Assembly: GCA_053919585.1 (NCBI GenBank)
Contig: CM132791.1
Length of the DNA: 64,000 nucleotides
Source: Euprymna scolopes
Taxonomy: Eukaryota
Direction: 5' to 3' (one strand)
Positions 38,963 through 51,400 of this stretch are shown piece after piece (the stretch's first letter is position 1; each line of letters begins with the position of its first letter). Position numbers and translations under genes: made by a program. Under the pieces are notes generated by a model, which was given only the letters and a program-made list of their open reading frames with translations, had not been told where the DNA came from and did not search any database.

Positions 38963-41066
38963 AAATTCCTGACAAGTTACAATCCTTGTCGTTGGTTGTT
39001 GCAATATTTTCTACACTAATCGCTGTTTTCCTTGATCTTCTTGCATTTGGAAATTCTTTCTAACTCCTTGTTTTTCCAACAGTAATAAAATTCAAATGTA
39101 ATGTGAACATACATCTTGCCGGTCAACTGATCGGTTAGGTTTCTCTAGATAAATCTGATTCCTACCAGAGTAGCTTTATACTTTTCAATAGCAATATGCC
39201 TAGCTTTGGGTTAATAAAAAACTCGATGCGGCAAATAGAATCGTGGTGTTGAGTAAGCTCTCAGCAGCAAAAAGAAAGCCACAGAATAATCAGGATTTCT
39301 TATTTTGAATATTGTTTTCTTATTACGCGATTAAATTTAATAAATAATATATACATGTTTCTCTTTGATTAAAAGAGAAAGTTTTTTCTCCAAATTCTTC
39401 ATTTTAAATCTGTTTACTGAATTAATCACCATCGAAGTGAGTTAGATATGTCTAACTATTCGAATTGGGGGCATTGTCGGTTGGTCAATGCATTTCAGTT
39501 TCAAATAACAGTGTCATCACTGATAATGCTGATTGAATAGAAGCAACCTTGAAAATGAAAAAAAAAAATGTTATAAAATGGATAAACCGTAATCGGAGAC
39601 GACCCCCAAATCCTTTTCATTAGCTACCAGACTAAAATGTAAACAAGGATGCCACTTCTTTCTTTTGATTGCGACACTTAATTTTGATACTCACCTTATA
39701 ATTCTGATAATCAATGAGGACGTTAATATTCCTGAGTTTTCATTATAATTCAACATAGTATTGAATCACTCTCTCCGAGATTTTGAACAAACACTATTAT
39801 GTCAGGCCCTTAAAATCAGTCGGTCGTACCTCTTAATGTGTTTGCTTCTCTTTACGTCTCTTTCTCGATAAAATAATTCTCTTCTTGCCCACCTCGACTA
39901 TGCTAAAAAAGAAAAGGCCTGTCTGATTTGTCAAGGCAATTCTCCTTAACTAATTAGCAGGCACCTTATTTGTCGAGCTGAATACAAAAATTACTTACTC
40001 TCCCTTTTCTTAATGTGAAGCCGTCCAGGCAACCAGCAGGAAACATTTCCTCCTTAGCGTGCATGCAACTATATTTTTTTACAATCAGATGCCAATCATT
40101 TTCTCGGATGTAAAAGAACTTTGTTGTTAGGCTTCTAAAACTGCAAACATAATCAGTTTTTCAGGATTTTTCTTTATGATTTTTCACTTTAATAATTCAA
40201 TACATATATTATTCTTATTGTTGTGTTTCTTCGTTAATTTTTTTTCAACATTTTCCGACCTCGTAAATTGAAGAACTTCCTTGCCAAAAGATTTTATACC
40301 AAGATGTTTTGTATAGGGTTTCAGTTAGTAACATATACTTCGGTTTGAAAGTAGAATTTTATAAGCAGATCATATTTAACGTTGAAAAAGAAATGTTCTC
40401 GCTAAAAGCAAAGCTTGAACTGACATATCTCATGTTAGATGTAGACAGAGGCTACTATAATAGGATATGTCTGACATTCTAGTCTTCCAAGTTTTAGTTT
40501 TAACTATAATTTTCCTTTGATCTGTCACGTATAAATCTGAAATAATATTTCCATCAGTGTCTTTTATTCGGTTTGTGAAACAACATTTTCTATGGACCAT
40601 CAATCATAAGTTTTATCCAAGTTTTTTTAAAAATAAAAATGAAAATTATAAAAAAGATTTATAAAAAAATAAAGTTATAAAAGATATGTGAATAAAATAT
40701 ATTTTTTAAATCTCGATTATTTATACTTGTTGCTTATACTTGTGATTTTATTAAGCAAAAAACTTGTTTCGGTCTAGAAGGGTTTCTCCTTCACTGACCA
40801 CCTACATACACCGCACTTTAAATAAATATTGAATTGTATTAAAAACGCACAAAGAAAATTAAAAAAAACAACAACACATGCACACACACTGTACATAAAA
40901 ATTAATCTTGGTTGCAAAAATCCGAACAAGTCAGTTATTTTATATTTGTTTCTAACATTAAAAAGTTTGGTTATAATAATTAAAAAAAAATTTTTTTTTT
41001 AATTATGTATTTTTTAATTGACATCATCCGAAATTCTCAGTTATAACGTCGGCTTATTTATTAATT

Positions 41067-41261
41067 TGGTATTATTTTACGCCCTGCCCCAGCATAGTAT
41101 AAACACCCCCAATCACCCCATGTTAAGAACGGTTTTTAGAATACCCCCTCAACCTCCTCATGTTAAGAACGGCTTTTGAGGTTGTTTATCCTGAAAGCCA
41201 CTCTTAACATAGGCAGATTAGGGTATTTATAATACGCTGGGGCACGTCGTAAAAATTTACC

Positions 41262-41262
<1 letters not shown>
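41067..41262. mobile_element. Fold-back MITE-like palindrome
   Basis: Left ttttacgccctgccccagcatagtataaacaccc..atgttaagaacgg is the imperfect reverse complement of the right arm; followed by (ATT)n. Confidence 0.75.
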
Positions 41263-41321
<59 letters not shown>

Positions 41322-41939
41322 ATATAAATAAATAAAAAAAAGAACGTACTCAGAAAGACACCCATTTATTTAAATATATTTTGTTTAACTACGTTCGTTT
41401 TATTACTTACATTACTTACATTAAAATGTTTTGTGTAAATAGAAAAAATTTCTTTAATCCTTAAAAGTTTTGTAAATATCTAATATTAAAAAACATGTTT
41501 TGTAAATATATATTTTTTCTTTAAAATTTTAAAAAGTTTTGTAAATATATTTAAAAAAAATATTGCTCGCGAACATTCGACCATGTCTGCTATATGACGT
41601 GTTTATAAACAACCAACGGAAATATCAAGGTCGAACAACCAGTGTCACTTGAAATATTCGCCAGTATACGTCTTCTGCTATGAGGTATCTAATCTTTACT
41701 TGATCCCTAAGATGTTCACCTTCGCGATAGCATCAGTAGTCCATCTTTCCCTGTTTCCTCCCTCAACCGAGTCAAACTCCCATCTTTTATTTTATCACCC
41801 GGGACTACCAAAACACTCTTAATTTGCATAATCGCATTAGTCTTGTATCTGATGAGTTCCAATTTTGTCTGCTACTGATATTCTTACAACGGACACATGC
41901 TAACCGTAGCCACTTATTTCTATGTTTCTCCGCATTGTT

Positions 41940-42018
<79 letters not shown>

Positions 42019-42019
42019 G

Positions 42020-42075
42020 AAGATAAAATCATCCACTGGCAAGTATTCCGTTGTCCACAACAGATCAGAGTGGCT
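42020..42075 (-). ncRNA. Degenerate family-B hammerhead, inverted relative to the adjacent copy
   Basis: Minus: agccact CTGATct gttg-tgga-caac GgAA tactt GcC agtgg. Stems I and II intact, core mutated. Confidence 0.6.
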
Positions 42076-42271
42076 AAATTCAGCCACTCTGATGAGTCGT
42101 AGACGACGAAACACGCGTCAGAGGATAATTCTATTTTAAAAATAATATATAGGTCGCTCCTCATTTAGGGGTACCAAATTAGTCAAAGGGAAAATTATTC
42201 CCAACTTGCATTGAGATGAAAATGCTATTAGTATAAATAATTGAATTCATTTAAAAAATATCGCTAACAAA
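42073..42271 (+). mobile_element. HHR family B element, copy 2 (hammerhead at 42084-42124)
   Basis: ccact CTGATGA gtcg-taga-cgac GAAAC acgc GTC agagg; body aligns with 27516-27720. Confidence 0.85.
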
Positions 42272-43055
42272 NNNNNNNNNNNNNNNNNNNNNNNNNNNNN
42301 NNNNNNNNNNNNNNNNNNNNNNNNNNNNNNNNNNNNNNNNNNNNNNNNNNNNNNNNNNNNNNNNNNNNNNNNNNNNNNNNNNNNNNNNNNNNNNNNNNNN
42401 NNNNNNNNNNNATTTAAAGTAAAAAGAACATGTTGGTCTGTCACGCTTGAATTTTGGAATATCATTTTCTTCTACCTCACATGGTTAAATGCTTAAATAT
42501 CATTTGCGTTGGTCTGTCACACGTACAATACAATCACATTTGCATAGTTATACTTGTATGTTGAATGTCCGCATTTTAAGATTTACGTTTTTGTTGTTTT
42601 GAAGTTGATTTGAGTTTTTGTGTCTTATTTTCATTTCTAAGTTTTTCATAATTTCCAATCATCATCTGAAACTTATCTAAACGTTGCCAGTTTCCAATTT
42701 CATCTGTTCAACGAGTGCATTTGCTGTTGATTGCCCAAGTAGACGGCCATTGTATTTTACCTGTTCACGCACTGCGCGTGTCTTTAGTAATTTCCAAACC
42801 AACATATCAGTAAAACTCGCGCGCAGATTGATAAGACAAATAATAGAAATGCCAATACACTGTTGCCTTTTTGTTACTCATGCAACGATAATAAAAAATA
42901 ATTGTGATGTCTTTATGTTATTGCAAGGATTGTTACCGCATCTCTGGTTAATCATTAACTATGTGCTTTAGAATCATGTGTTTGGCATGCTGAGTTCAAC
43001 TTCTCTGAAAAGTAGGAAGTTCACTTTGTATCATGCCAATGTACGAAATCATGTA

Positions 43056-43538
43056 CAGGATGTTCTAAAAGTCTTGGACACATTTCAATTCCTCACATCT
43101 GCTTAACTATGAATGGTATTAAAATGAAGTGGTTCCATTTTAAAGCTGAATGAATTATGTTTTTTGTAATTTTTCTATTGATTTGTTCATTTCTTTTCAG
43201 ATCCAGTAATTGCGTTCACTCAACCAGAAAAGGCGTTTTGTGTATTTAAATGTGCAAGAACTGAACCATGGACACTTGTTCATCTCACAACCTGCAATTT
43301 TTGTGAGGATTTGTGAATGGACTGTTCTATGTAGCTCCTATTCCAATAGATGTTGATGAACTGAAGGCCTGAATATAGAAGCTGATTTGTGCCCTATGAC
43401 CAATGGTGCTCGCATTAGAATCCTTGAACATTTCTTGTGAATACAAACTTTTTTAATATACCAAGTGCGTTTTTATATCCGTAATATTTCTCAAGATATT
43501 CAATGTCAAAATGTACCAAAGATATTTTGAACACCTTA
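43056..43538 (+). mobile_element. Internally deleted Tc1/mariner element
   Basis: Imperfect ~30-bp TIRs (caggatgttctaaaagtcttggacacattt / aaatgtaccaaagatattttgaacacctta) flanked by TA; remnants of both transposase ends. Confidence 0.7.
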
Positions 43539-43718
43539 TATTATCAAACGTAAGAATGACAAAGCCAACCAATACAAAATCGACTAGACGAGAAAACATA
43601 CAGAGTTTGTAAAATACGAAAGCTTAGCGTGTACCAATACTGTACTGGTTAGAACAATACGTTTGTGCTGTAAAAGAATGCTTAAAAGAATGACTACACA
43701 CGGATATATGAAAATATA

Positions 43719-44645
43719 CGAGGCGCCTTCAATAAAGCCCCAGACATTTTTTATTCAGATTTACACTTGTCGACTCTTAAAAATTCAGTATGTGGTTGCT
43801 ATACATCTTATGAAATGACTACCCAATTTTTATGATTTACGGTTCACATGAATGGCTACACCTGGAATTGGAATACACCACACTAAAGCCCTTGTCACAG
43901 CTGCTGAACATAAAAAATGCAATCCGGAGGTGAGGACACTTTAGAAGAACGATATGCAATAAATTCTGTTTTAAACTTAGAAAAAACGCAACAGAAAAGT
44001 ATAGAACTTTGAAGACTGCTTTTAGACGATCTTGCATGGATCAAGGATCTGTTTTTGAGTTGTATAAAAAATTAAAGCAAGGCAGAGAGTCTGTGAGGAA
44101 TGATGAGACGTATGGGAGGAGTAAGGAAGTCAGAACACTAGAGCTGATTGACCAAATAAAGGAATTCATAGATAATGATGTGTGCAGAGACAAGAAGAGC
44201 ATAGTTTCATGCATGTGTGGGAATAGTAAACCCAATTATTCTCGAGTAACTCTGCCCCAAGGTCATCAGAAAAGATCGGAAAGAAAAATGTTGTAATAGG
44301 CATCAATATCATTCATCACTCTCATATGGCCCGGACCTTACTCCGTGTAACTTGAGATCATTCTCTAATTTCAAAGAAAACCTTAGAAACTGTTGTTATT
44401 AGACAGTTCAGGAGATGAAAGAGGCTGTGACGAGGGTCATTGACACGCTTACAAAAGAGTACTTTCATGGGACCTTCCAGAAGTTGTTAGAACGATGTTA
44501 CAAGTGTATTGATACAGGAGAAGATTAGTTTGAAGAGGACTAGAATTTTATATGTGTATTAGCGATAAAAGTATCTATAGATATATTATTAGCGATAAAA
44601 GTATCTTTCCGAAACAAAGTCTGGAAACTTATTGAAGGCACCTCA
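43719..44645 (+). mobile_element. Mariner-like element, internally deleted
   Basis: TIRs cgaggcgccttcaataa / ttattgaaggcacctca with TA flanks; EERYAINSV.., HTH-like KQGRESVRNDETYGR, PDLTPC-like motif. Confidence 0.88.
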
Positions 44646-44669
44646 TATCGATCGTTTTTATTCTTTAGT

Positions 44670-44925
44670 GATGATGATGGATGGTTTGTTGTTAGGATGA
44701 TGATGGATAGAGTGTTGTTAGGATGACGATGGATGTTTTGTTGTTAGCAGAATGATGGATAGTTTGTTGTTAGGATGATGATTGATAGTTTGTTGTTAAG
44801 ATGATGATGGATACTTTGTTGTTAGGATGATGAAGGATACTTTGTTGTTAGGATGATGAAGGATGGTGATGTATAGTTTGTTTTTAGGCTGATGATTGAT
44901 GGTTTGTTGTTAGGATGATGATGCA
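44670..44925. repeat. 26-bp minisatellite (GATGATGATGGATAGTTTGTTGTTAG, ~10 units)
   Basis: Direct inspection. Confidence 0.9.
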
Positions 44926-45276
44926 CAGGAATTCGACGTTTTGATTGTTCTTGGGGCCCAAATCGTCAACCAACTCTGACATTCATTTCAGACAGTTATA
45001 AAATATCTAATTGCGACCACCTAAAACGCCCCCATATGATAGTATTTTTTATAACTGATTTGTAAATCGACTCGATTACACCTTTTGCCAAAAAGTGGTT
45101 TTTCAACCATTCAACATTTAACTGATCTTTTTGACAATCGACCTTATTTGCTATTTCTTTTTTTTACTCATCTCCACCCCCTAAGAAGGTATATTGCCAT
45201 TTGTATGTAACAGGCTCCTATTTGGGACCATTCCTAGGAAAGAGTGACAAAATGTTTGTTTACATTACATTTAAAC

Positions 45277-45282
45277 TGTTAC

Positions 45283-45316
<34 letters not shown>

Positions 45317-45740
45317 GAGAGTAAACGTGGAGGTAGACACGTTTACCAGAACCGAAGGTCAGCTGACCAAATTACGTATGTGTGACGTGGTAACGTTGGC
45401 TAGATCTGGGAGATTTGATTTGGGCTTTTAAGAAGACGGACGTTTTTCCGTTGTCTCCCCCTCTTAACTGGGGAGGGGGGAGACGAACGCTGACGTGTGT
45501 GAAGAAGAACCCACACAAGCAGATTTCACTTCCACCTTCTGCAGGACCTCTGGGGAAAGTGAAATAAAAACTATAAAACCCATTCATCGTCTTGGAGTGA
45601 TAAATCTTCGTCAAACAGGTATCAAGTCTCCCTCCAGGATGAGAAATTCCCAGATGGTCCAACATCGAAGAAGCAGAGGTAGGTTCAGAAATTACATGTC
45701 ACACACACGATTCCCTTTATGATAATCAAACACACAACCA
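45277..45740 (+). mobile_element. Solo LTR related to the LTRs at 56788 and 59375
   Basis: TGTTACA start; shares gtagacacgtt..cagctga..gagattt and cacacgattccctttatgataa with the reverse complement of those LTRs. Confidence 0.7.
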
Positions 45741-46989
45741 TTTATATTAGAGACAATCATACGCACACGGAATCTTTTGATGTTATATACACATCCTTAA
45801 ATGGTGCCCCTCGATGATAAACCCAGTGAGAACTTCAATGAGAACCCTATGTAACAAAACCTTTGCATACCAGTATAGTCAGGGAGGGTGGTAGTAGAAA
45901 GATAATCCTTATGCAAAAGCTTATAGTATACTTAATCATTTTTATTTAAATGACTTTTGGGACACAGATACAGATATCAGGTTTAATATATTTGTGGAAA
46001 ATCGTAGTACATGGATATCCGGGTGGATGAGAATAGTGTAATATAAATTCTATTGAATTATATATTGGTCAGACTGCTTCATTTGTTTATCACCTGACTA
46101 CTTTATACCTAAACTTATTATCATATGTTGTTGCAATGTGGTGAATGGTATTACTGTTATTATTTATTGATATCGTTTTTTCTGTGGCGTAATTGCGTGT
46201 TAATTCATACTTGTGTATTTGCAATGCACCTTACATTTGTTGATAAATTTCTATTCTATAGGTATTTTGTGTGAAAGTAATTCAGCTCATTAAAGTCATA
46301 GGTTTTAGTTGTTTTTGTAACATAAGCATTTCCTCTTCAATTCGCTCTGACTCAGTCATTCACTGTGTTGTCACTCATTCTGTGGCCATCACTTCATTGA
46401 TTCGATCAAAAGGTGTGGACAAGTATTCATTCGTATATCCACATTCTCCTCCCGAGTCTTTTACACTCTAAAAGTGTTTCTTATTTTCATTATCTTTTCT
46501 TTTTGTGAAATATAATAAACTGCGTAATTTATTTTTAATGATTAATTCGAGTCAGTGGTGGATAAAAACATAAGCAGTAAATTATAATCAACCCGAATTG
46601 ATAGCATTTTATGAACTGACACTTTGATCCTTGCAAATTACATAATATAAATGATATGAAAATTATCTACTTTTAATTGCAATTGTTGATGCTATTGGGG
46701 TTTAATTAAGTCCAACATTGCATTTTTAAATCCCTCTATTTGTTATCACTTCAGCGAGGATACATATATTTTCGTACAACTCATCAGATTAATCCAATTA
46801 AAAACTATTACGCTGTGTATCAATGTGACAAAATTGAAATATTTACTATGACCCATACACTTACAAAGCTCAAACCGATTTGCCTGTCGCCTACGCCACT
46901 AAAAACCGCGTTCTAGTTCTACCGACTTCGACTACAGTTTTAAAAACAGGAAAACAGTATAAAAGTATACTAAACATTCATACTTAGAT

Positions 46990-47905
46990 GTACGCATAAA
47001 TATGGAAACCTCTAAAAGCTGTCGTCTTCTGCACAGCAGTCACACGGTTTGTATTCAAGGGCTCGCCATTTCAACAATGAATTAAACCTAAAACATCAGT
47101 GTGAAAATAATTGGTTGTTTTCCAATCTGTCTCTACGTGGAAAATTCAGTAATGTTAGAAACGACATGGTATTCGGGCCCCATACATTGAAGACATGAAA
47201 TAACATTTTAATTGCAGCCAAACTGAAACTGTTTTCCTTCAACTTGAACCATTATGTAAAAACAGTTTTATCTTACACCTCATCGAACACCGTTAATGAA
47301 GCTTATTTGATGCTAGTCTGATGTGGGGAGGATATTTACGCTGAGTGGACAAATTCAGTCACTTCACCCTGGCATATTCAGTGAAAGCACGTGTAATTGT
47401 CTTCCGTTTTCCTGCTTTCCGGCTGACTACAATATGTTTGTCTTCAAGTCTAACGTAAATAAGTTCTTGATGAGCCGTTCCATATAAGTTATCAAATTTA
47501 ACAAATTTTCATTACTAATGATTATTATATTGTCCAATTTCTACTGTACACTCTTTAACCCTTATCCTTGAGTTGCCTCTTTGACCTTGATAATGAGTTG
47601 ATACCTATGAAAAAAAAAAAAAAAGAAAAAGTCCAATGTGAACAAGTTCTAATTGAATCGTCCCCCTAAGTAATCCAAGTTTCAAAATTCCCACTGTTTA
47701 CTATGCTAAAATCACAATGACTAATGTATACCTATTAACCCTTATCCTTGAGTGGCCTCTGGGCCTTGATAAGTGGTGACACCCTTGTAAAAAAAAAAAA
47801 AAAAAAAGTAACATCATTAATAACTATTTTTTGTCATTGTCAACTCGTTAACCCTTAGACTCGAGTAGCTTTTGATAAGGGGGGAACCTCCTATGATAAA
47901 AATAA
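46990..47905 (+). mobile_element. Three consecutive decayed 3' ends of CR1/L2-group family 1
   Basis: cccttatccttgagt.gcctct..gccttgataa..(A)n at ~47560, ~47740 and, degenerate, ~47855. Confidence 0.7.
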
Positions 47906-48489
47906 GCACATGAATGCAACTCTGCAGATGTAATATTTTAGTGTACTGGCCCAGATGTAACGCAAGGTTTAGGTGGATGGTTGCTTGATAGAGTTATAGG
48001 ATGCAGTAAGATTTAAGTTTTCTCACCCTAATTTATTTGCAGCAGACTAGGCAATATATTCTATTTTTTTTTCCAACTAATGTTGATCGTTAATATCAGT
48101 CAAAAGGTGCAATTGGTTATGTTGGGAGTGTTTCGTTTATTTTCTTATGGAAAAGAGATGTTGTAGGCGTATTAAATTGGATCATACATTTTAGCACTAT
48201 TCTTTTACAAAGTTCATGTCGTTATGAAATAATGATTATCCATGATGAGTAGGCATTTGATTTTCCATCATGCCCAGAATAGAGCGCGATGATATTAGAA
48301 AATAGATCCATTTCAGACAGAATTATATCGAGGAGGTCATTGATGAAAACCAAGAATAATATATGTCCGATTATTGATCCCCAAGGCACACACCTATATT
48401 GATTTGATATGAGTTAACCATCGAAAACGAAGTACATTTTTTGTAAGAAAAAGTAACGACTGGAAACAATGGCGAGATAGACGGAGAAG

Positions 48490-51400
48490 GGCCAACCACT
48501 TCCCTAGACGAATTCATCATTAAAGGATTCATCATCTAACTTAATGTATAAATCTGACCTCTAAGATCGTCATGGGCGTGGAATATGTGCCTGCATTAAA
48601 GATAGCTTTCCATGAGATATCGCCAGAGACGACCCTAATTTACCTTATATGTGCTTCCGGGTTGCACTAGCTTACACCACTGCATTTATATTTGCTCTCT
48701 ATCGCCCCCACAACAGTGGGGTTACTATCTTTACGAGCATATCTGAGAAAATTGACCACATCCTGTCTGCTCATCCTTCGGCTAACATTCACATTTTTGG
48801 TGACATCAATGTCCATAATGTGGAATAGCTGAGCCCTCAAATAAGACCGATGATGAGGAGAGGTTCTGTCATGATTTTGCCACTGCCTATGACCTGACTC
48901 AGATTATTCACGAACCTACCCGTGTGCCAGATACTACCGGTTAGTATGCAAGCATTCTAAACCTTTTCCTCACAACTTCCCCTGAGCTACATTAATGTTC
49001 TGTTCTATCTGCTGTGGGATCCTTCGACCACTCCCTTGTAGCAGTTAAGATAAAAATGAAATGTAATAAGTCTTCAGACATTCCTCTCCACTGTACTGTA
49101 TATCGATACTCTATGGCCAACTGGGATAGCTTCCGTACATTCATATCTGATCTACCTCTGCATTCCATATTTAAAAAGGATGTGTCCTCTATAGAATCAG
49201 ACCTGACCGAATGGTTAATTTTAGGCATAGACCGATTCATACCATCCAATAAATTCCAACATAAACCTAACAGCCAGCAATAGTTCTCCCCTAAATGTGC
49301 TGCTGCCATTGCACACAAAAACCACTTTTTCCATAGCTACCAACGTAATAGATGTACTGAGACTAAAGCTGCTTTCAGGACTGCCAGCAACCACTGTAAA
49401 ATAAATGCAAGAGAGCAAAATGCTCAGTTTGTTAAATCCAAAGTAGCTGAACAGCGGCTTAGTTCCTACCAGTTTTGGCAAATAGCTAACAGGATCCTGA
49501 ACAGAAGTGTGCGTTCTATCCCAACCATCATCAATGACCTGAGGTCATCTCGTCAGCATCAGTGAAGGCCAAACTATTCGCCAAGAACTTTAATTCTAAT
49601 TCTACCCTATGCGACGAAGTCCATAAACTCACCGTATTTCCTCCTATAACAGACAACATACTATGCAACATACAAATATCTGTGCATGAGGTCACCAAGC
49701 TAATCAAGAACCTTGATTCCAGTAAAGCAACTGGCCCTGGCGGCATTCCAGTTATAGTGTTGAAAAAGCTCCAACCAGAACTTGCCCCAATACTTACAAA
49801 ACTGTTTAAGCATTGCCTTAAGGAGAAGTGCTTTCCAACACCCTGGAAAACCTCATCAGTATGGCCTGTATTTAAGAATTCAGGTGATAAGTCATTTCCC
49901 TCTCAGATCAGACCAATAAGTCTCCTGAGTGTCATGAGTAAGTTGTTGGAATCCATATTAAATAAAGCAGTAGTCAACCACCTCAGCAGAAACAATCTTC
50001 TTAGTGACATACAATATGGTTTCTGCTCCACATGATCTACAGCAGATGTGATAACAGTTATATCTCATAGGATTAGTGAATCTCTTGACAAAGGTTTCTT
50101 TTCTAGGGAAATTGCTCTTGACGTATCGAAGGCCTTCGATAAGGTATGGCATAAGAGCCTACTTCACAAGATTTCCAGCTACATTATCACTGGAAATGTT
50201 TTCTTAATCATTAAATCATTTCTCTCCGATTCGTAATACCCTCCCCCTGACTAGAGAAACAAACCTAGAAACGGACGATCAAGCCTTTATGTGCTTTAGA
50301 CTAAACATACAACGCAATATTAGCTACTTTTATCTTCTTTACTGCGCTCCCTCGACCCAGGACTACACCATAATAAACAAAGTCTCCGACAGTATAGACA
50401 CAGCACTCTCCCTTGACACTAGCGCCCAAGTGACTTTAATGTTCACCACAAAAACTGGCTTGGATTCTCTACTCACACAGATGCAGCGGGCAGCACAACA
50501 CATAGTTTTGCTATATCTCACTCCCTATCACAAATGGTTACGTTTCCAACCCGTTTCCCTGACCAGTAAGAACAAGCATTACTTCTAGATCTGTTTCTGA
50601 CTACAGTTCCCGAGGATTGTACAACAAATGCTGACAGCCCACTCGGGAACGCTAACCATGCAGTGATAATGGTAGAAATCGTCCTAAATTCTAGACCCAA
50701 AACTGAAGAGCCAGTGCTCAAAACAACGAGATATTTTAAAAAAGCTGACTGGGAAGCCATCAGAGATCTTATCAGAGATGCCCCATGGGGAAATATTTTT
50801 TCTCTTCCTGCCGAACAGTGCGCAAATAAGAACACTGAATGGTTCAAAACACCAATGGAAGAACATGTTCCCGTGCGGAAATTTTATAGCAAGCCCCACT
50901 CTCCCCAATGGTTTACTTTGACTTGCGCAACTGTCATTGCTCAAAGGCAGCATGCATCCCGCAGATTTAACCAACATAAGTCCAGTTCAAACAAGCAGAA
51001 GTACATAGAAGCGAGAAATAAAGTTAAGAAAGAAATAGCGACAGCCAAGAGAGAATTTACTGAAACCACTAAAAAACGTATCGAAGCACAAAAATTAGGA
51101 AATCGTGACTTCTGGAAAATATACAACAGTGTAGTAAACAATGGGCAATCAACAATTCCCGTGCTAACCAACAATCATGAGGTTGTTTGCTCAGCAACCG
51201 ACAAAGCTAATATGCTTGCCAGCCGGTTTGCCTCGAATTCCACACTGGACTCTTCTAACCACCCCCTGCCTGACTTTTCTTTGTGGACAGACGCCACGCT
51301 AGACGATCTAAAAATCACCCCTGCTCAGGTACATGCTATCATAATAAATCTTGACACTTCCAAAGCATGCGGACCTGATCTCATCCCAGCTGTGCTATTA

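Noticed and set aside
39580-39790. KQGC / FNIVLE-like LINE RT traces
   Set aside because: Too short and interrupted to support a call.
41849-41875. CTGATGAG possible hammerhead
   Set aside because: No downstream GAAA or closing stem II; at best a truncated remnant.
46755-46795. Minus-strand CTGATGA gt-tgt-ac GAAA motif
   Set aside because: Only a 2-bp stem II, and stems I and III do not pair convincingly next to the core.
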